Notes: a model not told the origin generated them from the letters alone. Shown: positions 1 through 11,439, counted from the first letter of the stretch. The stretch is 64,000 bases of DNA from Octopus sinensis (GCF_006345805.1 NC_043004.1:81158001-81222000); one strand, 5' to 3'. Program-made: numbers and translations.

Positions 1-354
1 GGCATTTGATGTAGGCCTCCATCTTGAGTCTGAGGCTGTATGGAAAGATGAATGGAGGCATAACATCGCCATCACTAGTGATAACTCCAAACATGATGCT
101 GAGTGGTTGTCTGATTTTTATCATTCTCGATACATGTCCTCAGATAGCACTGTCCTCAGGTTGATACCCAAACATTTTCAAATATTTGTATTGAGCTTCC
201 GGCGCGAATGCCAAGCAATACATGTCGTTTCCAAATGTCTGGCAGAGTGAACATGGTATTGTTTTCTCATAGACGGTGCCCAACTGAGCCTACTATACTC
301 TAGCGTCAACGAAATCAAAAATAAACAGTGCGACAGTTTAACCATCGCATCCTT
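1..354 (-). mobile_element. Internally deleted maT-like (DD37D-type) Tc1/mariner remnant, truncated by the window edge
   Basis: The minus strand of 1-140 translates as ..IMFGVITSDGDVMPPFIFPYSLRLKMEAYIKC, the segment between the first two catalytic Asp of maT transposases. 150-290 gives a decayed N-terminus (HVLLGIRAGSS). The end at 322-356 reads TA-AAGGATGCGATGG on the minus strand, similar to TA-CAGGGTGCGAGGG at 32503. Confidence 0.62.
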
Positions 355-390
355 TATATATGGGTGTATATCTGTGTGTGTGTGTGTGTG

Positions 391-431
<41 letters not shown>

Positions 432-439
432 TGTGTGTC

Positions 440-770
440 GCATGATATAAATATTAATTTCAAATTTTAGCACAAGGCCAGCAATTTCGGTGGTGGTATT
501 AATTCGATTTCATCGCTCCCAACGCTCGACTGGTATTTATCTACCCTGATAGGTTCAAAAAGGCAAAATTGGCCGCGGCGGAATTTGCGCTCCGAACGTA
601 AAGACGGAAGAAATGCCGCTAAGCATTTGAAATTTTGGCTCAAGGGCAACAGTTTTTAAGGAGAAAAGGGGTTGGATGATTACATCGGCTCAAGCACTCG
701 ACCAGTACTTCATTTTATCTATCCTGAGAAAGGCCAAGTTGATTGGAGTGGGATTTGAACTCATAGTGTA
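440..770 (-). mobile_element. Degenerate SINE-B fragments
   Basis: Contains GGAATTTG..CAGAACGTAAAGACGGAAGAAATGCCGCTAAGCATT and ACTGGTA..TTTAT..CC..GA.AGG segments matching SINE-B copies elsewhere in the window. Confidence 0.65.
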
Positions 771-799
771 ATGAACCAGAACAAAGATTGCAGTGTATT

Positions 800-1560
800 C
801 TTTCGACTGCCTGACTTTTCTACCAACCTCACTAACCACTCTAATAAATCCGACTTACGCACAAGTTCAGGAAATTTGAGAATAGGGGGCTGATCGATAT
901 CTTCCACCCGAGTAAGTAACTGGTACTTTATTTTATCGACCACAAGCAGTATGAAAGTCAACGTTGACCTCGACCGGATTTGAACTTGGAATATATTGTG
1001 CTGTAAAGGACAAATAAATTGTGTGGTAGGCAGGGTCAGATTAAGATCCATAGAAGCCCTAAGGATTTTGGTGATCCTATACTCTTTACTCTTTTACTTG
1101 TTTCAGTCATTTGACTGCGGCCATGCTGGAGCACCGCCTTTAGTCGAGCAAATCGACCCCGGGACTTATTCTTTGTAAGCCCAGTACTTATTCTATCGGT
1201 TTCTTTTTGCCGAACTGCTAAGTGACGGGGACGTAAACACACCAGCATCGGTTGTCAAGCAATGCTAGGGGGACAAACACAGACACACAAACACACACAC
1301 ACACATACATAATATATATTATATATATTATATATATATATACGACAGGCTTCTTTCAGTTTCCGTCTACCAAATCCACTCACAAGGCATTGGTGGCCCG
1401 GGGCTATAGCAGAAGATACTTGCCCAAGATGCCACGCAGTGGGACTGAACCCGGAACCATGTGGTTGGTTAGCAAGCTACTTACCACACAGCCACTCCTG
1501 CCCCTATATATATATTTACTTCAAAATACAATCAATGATAAATACTAAAATAATATTTCT
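800..1560. repeat. Left arm of an inverted duplication (about 335 bp, interrupted by a SINE-A insertion)
   Basis: 800-1081 joined to 1503-1560 is the reverse complement of 3912-4248, with only scattered mismatches. Confidence 0.9.
1082..1502 (-). mobile_element. SINE-A, full length (tRNA-derived head, internal (TA)n/(TG)n, AAAGAGT-type tail), TSD CCTATA
   Basis: Minus-strand head ATAGGGGCAGGAGTGGCTGTGTGGTAAG (A-box-like) ... GGTTCAGTCCC (B-box-like). CCTATA lies at 1076-1081 and 1503-1508. The sequence is near-identical to copies at 26787, 39569 and 46977. Confidence 0.9.
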
Positions 1561-1583
1561 TGTTTTTCAAATTGAAACAAAAC

Positions 1584-2111
1584 AGTGTGGTAGAGATTGT
1601 GCTGCCTCCTGCCCTTAACAAGGGAAAGGAAGGCTTGCTTTTTTCTGCGTTGTAGCCATACTGAAAGAAACAGTATGGAAGACGCGTGTGAGAGGCATAG
1701 TGACAGGTACCTTCGTATCCGGCCAGGGGTTGGTTAACTTTTTTAGTTATCACCTCAGTAATAAGATCAGGCTGGAGAAAAGGTACCTGTCACGAAACAG
1801 ATTCATGAGAAGATGGAAGCCTGTGGCGAGGAAGCTGGGAGTGTTTGGCACCAGGTAAGTGGAAGCCAAAAACAGGAAAGAAAAGCAAGGGGTCTACCCT
1901 GTTGGTCGGATGCCTATCCTTCAGAGACGCCATTACAAATTTCATTTGTAATGAACAACGCTTAAGTCAAAAGTTATAAACATATTTATTGAATTATTGT
2001 AAATTTTAAATTGTAAATATTTAATCGCTACAGTTACTTCACCCTTTTATGTTTGTCTGTTCTTGTTCGTCCCCTTTTTGTAATGCCTTCATGGCAAATA
2101 TTTATGAAATA
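1584..2111 (+). mobile_element. L1/Tx1-clade LINE 3' end (ORF2 C-terminus with one frameshift, plus 3' UTR)
   Basis: Reads SVVEIVLPPALN..CVVAILKETVWKTR..LVNFFSYHLSNKIRLEKRYLSRNRFMRRWKPVARKLGVFGTR* (stop 1856-1858). It aligns by eye with the ORF2 C-terminus at 55420-55696. Confidence 0.72.
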
Positions 2112-2462
2112 AAGTAGCTTGCTTACCAACCACATGGTTCCGGGTTCAGACCCACTGCGTGGCACCTTGGGCAAGTGTCTTCTACTATAGCCTCAGGCCA
2201 ACAGAAAAAAACCTTAACTTAGAGAAAGAGCACAGAAAAAACAAAAAAACAAAAACAGGACGATCATCGAAAACAACGAAACAGTCACATTCAAAGCTTC
2301 TGGGATGTATTTAAAAAATATCAGTCCTATATTCTTACCGTTTCCAGGACTAGACGCATCTGTTATATCAACTTTGATTAGTATTCTCCACTCCCTCCTT
2401 TTCACACACCCAACTCTCCCGCCTTTCTCTCATTTTATGTCTCTCTCTTTCCTCCTTTACGT

Positions 2463-2497
<35 letters not shown>

Positions 2498-2619
2498 ATC
2501 TAACCAACAGCACAAGACGACCATTCTTGACATCTGCGTATGTCTTAACTCAAACACCAGTTCTGTTTTTACAGGCTTCCCACAAATCTCCCTCTCCCCA
2601 CCTCTCTCCTCTCTCTCAC

Positions 2620-2664
<45 letters not shown>

Positions 2665-3373
2665 ATACCTGTCTATCTATTCATCCATCTATCTCTCTAT
2701 CTCTCTCTCTCTATCTCTCTTTTTCTGCCTCACTATACACACACACACATACACACATATATATATATATTATATATATATATATATATCCACTTGTATG
2801 TGAAGGTATGTGTGTGTAATATGCAATCATATGTGTGTGTGTATGTACAAGCATAACTTTGAATGCCCCCCATACACACACACACACGCATGCACCCATA
2901 CACTCCCAACACACACATACACACAAAATTACATACAACTATACATTACACACCCATACATATTAACTATCTACAAAAGCAGTGCCCGCTCCCGACTCCT
3001 GTCCTGTGTGTATGCGTACCCGTGTGTGTGTGTGTGTGTATCGGCAGCTAGCACCGGTGTTTTACTATCTTAACTGACAGAACACATCTGTTTCATTTCA
3101 TAATTGATGTCAACGTGAAATCTTTTCTCTTTAATCACACCAATGTGTCCGGGTTTGTAACACCCTTATCCAACACTCGGCAAACAACCAATGCACACAC
3201 GCACACAAAAATATATACATACATACATACATACATACATACATACAATCATATATATAATATATATATATATATACGAAACACACACATATATCTACAA
3301 ACTTATACATATACAAATGCATGCATATGTATACATACATAAATACATGCACACACACACACACACCAACATA

Positions 3374-3424
<51 letters not shown>

Positions 3425-3442
3425 GTGTATATATGTATATAT

Positions 3443-3705
3443 ATAGGCGCAGAGTGTGGTAAGTAGCTTGCTTACCAACCACACAGTTCCGGGTTCAGTC
3501 CCACTGCGTGGCACCTTGGGCAAGTGTCTTCCACTATAGCCTCGGGCCGACCAAAGCCTTGTGAGTAGAGTTGGTAGACGGTATAAATATATCTACATAT
3601 ATTCACACGTGTGTGTGTGTGTTTTTGTGTGTCTCTGTGTGTCCCCCCCCCCGGCCAACATCGCTTGACAACCGACTGAAACAAGTAAAAGAGTAAAAGA
3701 GTAAT
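3443..3705 (+). mobile_element. SINE-A with internal deletion
   Basis: Head ATAGGCGCAGAGTGTGGTAAGTAGC, microsatellite, then ACAACCGA joined directly to CTGAAACAAGTAAAAGAGT tail. Confidence 0.85.
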
Positions 3706-3769
3706 ACCAGGGTCGGTCCACCATCAGCTACATTGCCTTAATCCTTTCAAGTTTAATTTTTAATTTCAT

Positions 3770-3886
3770 CAACGTACGATTTTGTGTGTTTCTTAAATGG
3801 CTTACAAACACCTTCCACGCTGCAATTGTTTTCGTTCCAGCACACGATCTCAGATCAAATCACTTGCTATGCGAGTACATCTCCGT
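3770..3886. repeat. Interspersed repeat, unclassified (second copy at 51597-51715)
   Basis: TTTCTTAAATGGCTTACAAACACCTTCCACGCTGCAATTGTTTTCGTT..GCTATGCGAGTACATCT is shared almost identically with 51597-51715. Confidence 0.8.
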
Positions 3887-3911
3887 AATATATATATATA
3901 TATATATATAT

Positions 3912-4248
3912 ATTGAAATATTATTTTAGTATTTATCATTGATTGTATTTTGAAGTAAATATATATATAGGATCACCAAAATCCTTAGGGCTTCTATGGG
4001 TCTTAATCCGACCCTGCCTACCACACAATTTATTTGACCTTTACAGCACAATATATTCCAAGTTCAAATCCGGTCGAGGTCAACGCTGCCTTTCATACTG
4101 CTTGTGGTCGATAAAATAAAGTACCAGTTACTTACTCGGGTGGAAGATATCGATCAGCCCCCTATTCTCAAATTTCCTGACCTTGTGCGTAAGTCGGATT
4201 TATTAGAGTGGTTAGTCAGGTTGGTAGAAAAGTCAGACAGCAAAAGAA
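3912..4248. repeat. Right arm of the inverted duplication (empty site for the SINE-A at 1082)
   Basis: The reverse complement reads ..GGTGATCCTATATATATATTTACTTCAAAATACAATC.. continuously, without the SINE. Confidence 0.9.
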
Positions 4249-4307
4249 AGAGACCTCGATATTATGTTGACATCGGTTGAGGACTCTGCCCCACAGAAGA
4301 ATTCAAT

Positions 4308-4541
4308 ATGGACGCCTACTACATCGATTATTCTATGAAAAACATACCTGTACCATCCAGGGAACTATACTCTTAGAAACTTTTGGAGAAAATTACAGAC
4401 CTGATTAAGCACATGAGATGGAAAGTTTTCTTTTACAACATGGAAGAGGACACTACAGAGAATATATTCTATGGAATTAAATCAAAGAAATTCCCTCCAA
4501 AAATCAAAGGCTTGGAAGACGTCGAGGCAGACCTACTGAAA
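4308..4541 (+). pseudogene. Penelope-like element ORF N-terminal fragment (in-frame stop at 4374)
   Basis: YSMKNIPVPSRELYS*KLLEKITDLIKHMRWKVFF..YGIKSKKFPPKIKGLEDVEADLLK matches the KNIPxPS..MRWK..YGxKSxKxPP..ExDL pattern at the N-terminus of PLE reverse-transcriptase ORFs. It is cut off by (TG)n. Confidence 0.72.
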
Positions 4542-5239
4542 TATGTGTGTGTGTGTGAGTGTGTGTGTCTCTGTGTATAAATGTATATACGCGTGCGATG
4601 CACACACATGTTCACACACGTGCACTCACGCACACATACACATATACACATTTACATTTGTACAGACACACGCATTGTTTGTATTTTCCTTCTGACTCTC
4701 TTACTTTCTTACTTTCTCTGTGTGTATCTGTGTACACTCACGCACACATACACGCACACGCACACACACCCATATACTCACGCTCACGTACACTTATATA
4801 CACACCCACATGTTAATGTGCACGCACGTGCGCGTGTGTGTGTTTGTGCGTGTGTATGTGTGTGTGTACCCTTGTGAGTGTGTAACATTTCTGCGGCGCC
4901 CCCCCCCACTCTTCGGCTCTCTTCTTTTGACCCCCCCCCACCACACTGACCTATCTGATTCCTCCTGTCATTAACGGGGAAGTTATAAATCTGATTTATC
5001 TCCCGTCACCCAATAAACTATCTCTTACCACACCCCCTGTAACTGCTCACCTTTCAACACCCGCACCTATTTGCTAACACGAACCACACATCCTAATCAC
5101 CACCAGTTTCCCAGCCTACAAGGGTACCTAATTATTGTGGCGCCACCTGCCAGAAATAACAGTCAGATGTTCCGCAAATTCCACCCTACACTAGGATTCC
5201 CATTTAACATTTTACAAACGTTTTAGGGATTTTTTCGTT

Positions 5240-5424
5240 TATTTCTTTCAGTCAAGCAAATTGACCCCAGGACTTATTCTTTGTAAGCCTGGTACTTATT
5301 CTATCGGTCCTTTTGCCGAACCGCCAAGATACGGGTACTAAAACACAACAGAACGGTTGTCTATCGATGTTGATAGGGGGACAAACACAGACACCCAAAC
5401 ATATACGTACATATATATATATAG

Positions 5425-5456
<32 letters not shown>

Positions 5457-5610
5457 TATACCTATTATATATATATATATTACACGACGTGCTTCTTTCA
5501 GTTCCGTCTACCAAATCCATTCACAAGGCATTGGTCTGCACGGGGCTATAGTAGAAGACACTTCTTCAAGGTGCCATGCAGTGGGACTGAACCCGAACCA
5601 TGCCGTAGGT
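5240..5610 (-). mobile_element. SINE-A, partial and diverged
   Basis: Both conserved halves are present around a (TA)n tract. Confidence 0.8.
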
Positions 5611-5856
5611 AAGCACATTGGATAACTAACTAGGTCCTCAAGCAACGACTTGAAGATTATTGCGACCAAGCGGTAGATCTGTACCATTAGACAACAGTTG
5701 GGCGTCAACTAGCGAGTGAGTTGCTGCTGCGGGGCAGCCTCGTCGTTGAGCATGTTCCTTGTACCCTTTTAAACCACTTGGAATTGGCGTGGAAGACCAG
5801 AGAGGGAATCTGGTGAGGTACGATGCACACTGCCTTACTTACTGACCAAAGACGTT

Positions 5857-5956
5857 NNNNNNNNNNNNNNNNNNNNNNNNNNNNNNNNNNNNNNNNNNNN
5901 NNNNNNNNNNNNNNNNNNNNNNNNNNNNNNNNNNNNNNNNNNNNNNNNNNNNNNNN
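5857..5956. other. Assembly gap (100 N)
   Basis: Run of N. Confidence 1.
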
Positions 5957-5998
<42 letters not shown>

Positions 5999-6019
5999 CA
6001 GCATGCTGGACCGCTGAAG

Positions 6020-6180
6020 TCTAGACGTTTTTTACATTCTCTCTGTTTATTTTCTCTTATTCTTCTCTGATGAAGAGCGTAGGCTCGAAGCATAAAAGAC
6101 CTTTACATTTTCCCGAGCGTCCAACTTATACATCTGCTTGTTGTTCATATTCCTGTCTTAGGCTTTTGTTTTTCTATAGA
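6020..6180 (+). mobile_element. Penelope-like terminal-repeat remnant with degenerate hammerhead motif (6063-6098)
   Basis: CTGATGA-A-GAGC-GTAG-GCTC-GAAG-CAT-A-AAAG. Same family as 33130-33335. Confidence 0.6.
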
Positions 6181-6317
6181 TTTCAATATATATGTATTTG
6201 TGTATTTATGCATATTTCGTTTTGTCATGAAATTTTTAGAAAACACTGTAATTTCCTAAAAGTCCTCACGAAGGAAATTCTGTGGAACAAACAATTGAGT
6301 ATTAAGATGCATACTTA

Positions 6318-7157
6318 CTCTCTCTCTCTCCCTCCCTCTCTCTCTCTCACACACACACACTCTCACACATACATACACACACACTCTCTCTCTCTCTCAC
6401 ATACACATACTCTCTCTCTCACACACACTCTCCCTCTAAGACACACATAATCTCTCTCTTTCACACACGCACACACACATACTCTCTCTCTCACACAGAC
6501 ACTCTCTCTCACACATACACTCTCTGTCTCTCACACACACACACTCTCTCTCTCACATACAAACACACTCTCACTCTCTCACACACACACTCTCTCCCTC
6601 ACACACATTCTCCCTCACACACACACTCTCTCACACACACACTCTCTCCCTCACACACATTCTCCCTCACACACACACTGTCTCACACACACACTGTCTC
6701 ACACACACACTGTCTCACACACACACTGTCTCACACACACTGTCTCACACACACACTCTCTCTCTCTCCCACACACACACACTCTCTCTCTCACATACAT
6801 ACACAGTCCCCCTCCCCCAACACACTCTCTCTCGGTCCCACACACATACACTCTCTCTCTCTCACATACACACACACACTGTCACACACACACTCTCTCA
6901 CACATACACACTCTCTCTCACACACACACTCACTCACTCTCACATACATACACACACACACACACTATCTCTCACATACACACACACACACAGTCTCTCT
7001 CTCTCTCACACACACACTGTCTTTCGCACATACACTCTCCCTCTCACACACATTCTCTGTCACACACACACACACTCTCCCATACACATACACTCTCTAT
7101 CACACACACACACACACTCTCTCCCATACACATAACTCTCTCCCCCATACTCTCTCC

Positions 7158-7200
<43 letters not shown>
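6318..7200. repeat. Compound (CA)n/(CT)n low-complexity tract
   Basis: Seen directly. Confidence 0.95.
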
Positions 7201-7329
7201 ATATATATTTGTTACTCTGATGATTTCACACTTATAAACAATGTCATGACGGGAGGAAATCTATTCCGATGCCGGACATAAGGAAGAGTGCAAAATACTC
7301 AGCCGCTCGCCATAGCAGTAGCGAGAACA

Positions 7330-7760
7330 GCACAAACAACAGCAACAACAACAGCAAAAACAACAGCAACAACAACAGCAACAACAACAGCAAAAACACC
7401 AACAACAGTAAAAACAGAAACAGCGAAAAACAGCAGTAACAGAAATAGTATCGAGAGCAATAATAAAAATGAAGAAGAAGAAGAAGAAGAAGAAGAAGAA
7501 GAAGAAGAAGAAGAAGAGAAAAAGAAGAAGAAAAGAAGAAGAAGAAGAAGAAGAAGAAGAGAAAAAGAAGAAGAAAAGAAGAAGAAGAAGAAGAAGAAGA
7601 AGAAGAAGAGAAAAAGAAGAAGAAAAGAAGAAGAAGAAGAACAACAACAACAACAACAACAACAACCTCTACAACAACGCTCACATCACTTACACCAACA
7701 GCAACGATGTCAGCACCAACAACAGCAACAATACAAATAGCAACAAACAGCAACTACGAT
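7330..7760. repeat. (AAC/AGC)n - (GAA)n - (AAC)n microsatellite block
   Basis: Seen directly. It explains the poly-E/K/Q ORFs. Confidence 0.95.
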
Positions 7761-8189
7761 AAAATAAGGCGAAGCATCGACAGAGGCATGAGACCTCTGG
7801 CGGAAAGAGCTTGCGGTATTCATTCGGGAACGTATCCTTGATACCCATCCTTGAAACCAGTGGCTCTCAATCGGTGTCCATGTGACCTCTTCACGTTCAC
7901 ATCACCCTTAAGGGTCCATGGAAGATATTATTGCTGACATTTTTTACGCATTAACTTGGTTATACTTCTGTCATGCACAAAATTCTTTAATGATTTTTTG
8001 TTTTCGTACAGACGTGGTTGCGTGGTAAGAAGTTTGGTTCCCAACTGAAAGTGTCACAGTTCAATCTCACTACATGCCACCTTGGTCAAGTGTCTTCTGC
8101 TATAGTTTCGGGCCGACCAAAGCCCTATGAGTGGTTTTGGTAGACGGAAACTGAAGGAATCGCGTCATATATATATTATATATTATAAA

Positions 8190-8905
8190 ATTATTTTCAG
8201 AAAAAAATTTCATCAAAGGTGGCAGCATATTAAAATACCTTTAAAGGCTAAAATTATTAACAACTTATAATCAATGGCAAAAAAAAATTATTTCAATGCC
8301 AATATGCTGAAAACAGACTTTAAATCCTCAATTTCTACATTTCATTATACATTCACTATAAATACACGTCGTGCTGAAATCGAGGATAGCTAGCTAACAG
8401 AATTTTTTAAAAAGTTCGTTATTTCTATATTGAATCAATTTCGGGATTAATCCTATGGATTCTTCCCTCTTCAGTAGAAAATACGATAAGAAATAAATGA
8501 AACACTTACACGCACTCCAGAAAAGAGCATAAGCAAGAGTCATGTGTACACATAAGTAACCCCAGTTATATCTAAATGTAAAATCCTTTAGCCAGCCTCA
8601 GCACACGTGTGAACTATTCTGAACTACAACTTATAGTGGTTACCAGTCCCTAAGTGAATGATAATAAATCTACTTCTAAAATAGGATAAAACTTTTTTCA
8701 GAAAATAATTTCATCCAAAGTGGCAGCATATAAAAATTGATTCAATATAGAAATAACGAACTTTTTAAAATAAATTCTGTTAGCTAACTTTCTTCGATTT
8801 CAGCACGGCGTATATTTATAGTGAATGTATAATGAATTGTTGAAATTGACGATTTAAAGTCTGTTCTCAGCATATTGGCATAGAAATAATTTTTCTTTTG
8901 ACCAT
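8190..8905. mobile_element. Penelope-like remnant with about 165-bp inverted arms (8272-8440 / 8735-8905) and a short direct repeat (8195-8232 / 8697-8734)
   Basis: The arms are reverse-complementary by eye and the region contains an intact hammerhead. Partial inverted terminal copies are characteristic of PLEs. Confidence 0.6.
8422..8480 (-). ncRNA. Type I hammerhead ribozyme, intact core
   Basis: Minus strand: TTTCTA-CTGAAGA-GGGA-AG-AATCC-ATA-GGATT-AA-TCCC-GAAA-TTG-ATT-CAA-T-A-TAGAAA. It has a 6-bp stem I, a G-C-closed stem II, stem III and an AUA cleavage triplet. Confidence 0.85.
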
Positions 8906-9637
8906 CATCATCATCATCATCATCAATTTCATCACTAACACTTCCACCCACCACCATTGCCTCCCTTACCACTTTCTTCATCACTCACCATCATCATCAT
9001 GACCACCATCATCATCATCATTTTAGTCTTCATAATATACTCTCCTTCCCTTCTACCCCTAATCCCTCACTCAAACACACACACACACACACACACACAT
9101 TATAAATTAGTAGTTGTGCTTCATCAGGATGGGATCTTCCTCAGTTTCTAAGATGTACATTTTAAGTCGTTCGATCAATAAAACTTATCAGCTCTTAAAA
9201 TTAACGAGCATGGGGACTGAGTACCCCAAAGAAAAACACGAGTACTCTTAAAAATAAAACTAATGCTGAATTAACTTGGAACAATATGTGACAAAGCTCA
9301 ACCTTACAGAGTTCCAGGCATGACCCACTCGTCAAGTTACAGTGTTGTTCCCGTCAACCTTAGATGTTATAGTGAGAGAGACATACTCAAGATTCACAGT
9401 GTGAGATCGAACACGGGATCTCACGATTGAGAACTGAAGGTTTTTTCATTTATGTCAAGTACTGGGGAACGGTATTCTTGATAAAATTCAACCTCACGAT
9501 GCGTTGTGATGTTCATGCCTTTTCCCATTGAAATTTCCTGTGAATTCAGACGGTTGTTGTTGGTTAATCACAGTTTACCCCTTAATCGGATAGATCTATG
9601 GACAAAAGGGTTCCAAACATGACCATCCTGTTTTTGA

Positions 9638-9712
9638 TCTGCCTTAGTACTCTAGTGGTAAGTAGGCCCACCTGTCACACAGGAGATCGAGGATCGATTC
9701 CTGGCCAGAGAG
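9638..9712 (+). pseudogene. tRNA-Asp(GTC)-derived sequence (pseudo-tRNA or SINE head), copy 1
   Basis: TAGTGGTAAGTAGG-CCCAC-CT-GTC-AC-ACAGG-AGAT-CGAGG-ATCGATT-CCTGG resembles eukaryotic tRNA-Asp, with anticodon GTC at 9674-9676. The stems are mispaired. Confidence 0.72.
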
Positions 9713-9804
9713 CGAAATTGTCTTTAAAAAGTCGTTCCTCTTCATCTCTCAACTTATCATGAAGGGCATCTGGGGATCTTAGTGTTGGCAGACGCATAGC
9801 TCGC

Positions 9805-9945
9805 CACTATTCGGAAAGGATCGATGATCCACGCTTCCGCGGTTCGTATTCGTATTGAAAATCGAGATCGAGCGAGCTTTTACCCTTTTGCTCGACATGT
9901 GGTTTCCGTTCACGCTCAGCTCGTCATTGAACATCTCCGTTCAGA
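9805..9945 (-). rRNA. 28S: Decayed eukaryotic 28S rRNA fragment (domain V, just 3' of the P-loop); non-functional
   Basis: The minus strand ..GACGAGCTGAGCGTGAACGGAAACCAC..GAGCAAAAGGGTAAAAGCTCGCTCGATCTCGATTTTCAATACGAATACGAACCGCGGAAGCGTGG..CGATCCTTT matches the conserved LSU segment GGCGAGCTCAG..GAAACC..GAGCAGAAGGGCAAAAGCTCGCTTGATCTTGATTTTCAGTACGAATAC..GAAAGCG..GATCCTT. Confidence 0.85.
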
Positions 9946-10031
9946 CAGCTGTTGTTGGTTAGCTACAATTTAACCCTTAGTCGGATAGATCTATGGTTAA
10001 AAGGATTCTAAATATGACCAACCTTTTTTTA

Positions 10032-10106
10032 CCCTCCTTAGTTGTATAGTGGTAAGTATCCCCACTAGTCACACAGGCGATCAAGGTTCGATTCCTCGCC
10101 AGAGAG
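10032..10106 (+). pseudogene. tRNA-Asp(GTC)-derived sequence, copy 2
   Basis: GTATAGTGGTAAGTATCCCCAC-TA-GTC-AC-ACAGG-CGAT-CAAGG-TTCGATT-CCTCG-CCAGAGAG. It has the same flanks as copy 1. Confidence 0.75.
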
Positions 10107-10610
10107 CGAAATTCTCTTTAAATAGTGATTTCCCATTATCTGTCAAATTATCACGAGGGACATCTGAAGATCTTCGACAGTATTTTTTCACGAACCTAAA
10201 GAGAAATAGCCAGGATGGCAACAGCCCGTGGCCTGGAACGCATAAAGGAATTAAAGAATTTAGACTGCATTATCCAATGTGATCTGTTTGGGGTTTCAGA
10301 GAAATTTGGATGCTATTTCTACCAAAACAGAAGATCGCTCGAGACTCCACGAAAATAAGGACGTTATTTTCGTGGAAAAATAACGTCCTTAGTGCTGTCA
10401 AAACACTAAGATCTCCAGATGTCCTTCATGATAAGCTAAGAGATAATGAGTCGGATGTGCGTCATGTCCTTCTACTGTGACCAGCACTATTATGTTCGTG
10501 TGGCCAAACACTTAACGTTTAAATTGCTTAGTTCAAGTAGCCGTAAATAGGACTACATAAAAAAAAACAGGTCGACGTTCGAAGAAAACAGACCGCTGAT
10601 ACACCAGAGT

Positions 10611-10869
10611 AAATCCAACGCAAATCCAATGAAAACCCACCGTAACTTCACTACAAGAAAGCATAGTAAACATAAATCCACTATAAGTCCACTGTAAATC
10701 TACTGTAAAGCAACTGTAAGTCTACTGTATGTCTGCTGTAAAAGAACTGTAAGTCCACTTTAGGCCTACTATAAAGCTTTCGTAAATGCACTGTAAATCT
10801 ACTGTAGATCCACCACAAATCCACTGCAAATCTACTGTAAAACCGATGTGAGTCTACTGGAAATCTACT
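10611..10869. repeat. Degenerate 11-bp minisatellite (consensus AAATCYACTGT)
   Basis: About 22 units. 10674-10869 keeps an exact 11-bp register for 18 units. Confidence 0.9.
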
Positions 10870-10999
10870 TGCCTCTCTGGATAGTTCTCTTCATACTTAT
10901 GTCTTTTGTATCCACAGAAAAGAAGCCAAAAACAAAAACAACAACAAAAAAACAATGTCAACTCAATGTCCAGCGCTAGAGAGTGAAATATTAAAAACA

Positions 11000-11188
11000 A
11001 GTCAGGAGTCTGGGGACTGTTTTAGCTGGAGAATGGACAAAAATTCCTTTGGAAAAATTCAAACTTGGTACGGGTCCATACTTCCTAGAATTCAAGCTGT
11101 AATTACAGCTAAAGTTCGTCCTACCCTATATTAAAATAAATTTGTTTGAAATTTTAAGGTGTTTCCATTATTTTGTCCAACCCCTGTA
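11000..11188 (+). mobile_element. Tc1-type transposon right end (decayed transposase C-terminus and TIR)
   Basis: Decayed [25 protein letters not shown]-terminus, then GGTGTTTCCATTATTTTGTCCAACCCCTG-TA (TIR 11158-11186). Confidence 0.78.
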
Positions 11189-11193
11189 TATAT

Positions 11194-11373
<180 letters not shown>

Positions 11374-11439
11374 ATATATTTTGTATATCTAGCCCAAACG
11401 GTTTTATTTGTTTATCTGCATCATTATGTGTGTGTGTGT

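Noticed and set aside
5615-5856. GC-richer segment, possible L1/Tx1 endonuclease fragment
   Set aside because: The resemblance is weak and the segment is cut by the assembly gap.
7244-7762. 150-169-aa poly-E/K/Q/L ORFs
   Set aside because: They are translations of (AAC)n and (GAA)n microsatellites.
9638-10106. Functional tRNA-Asp genes
   Set aside because: The acceptor and anticodon stems are mispaired in both copies.
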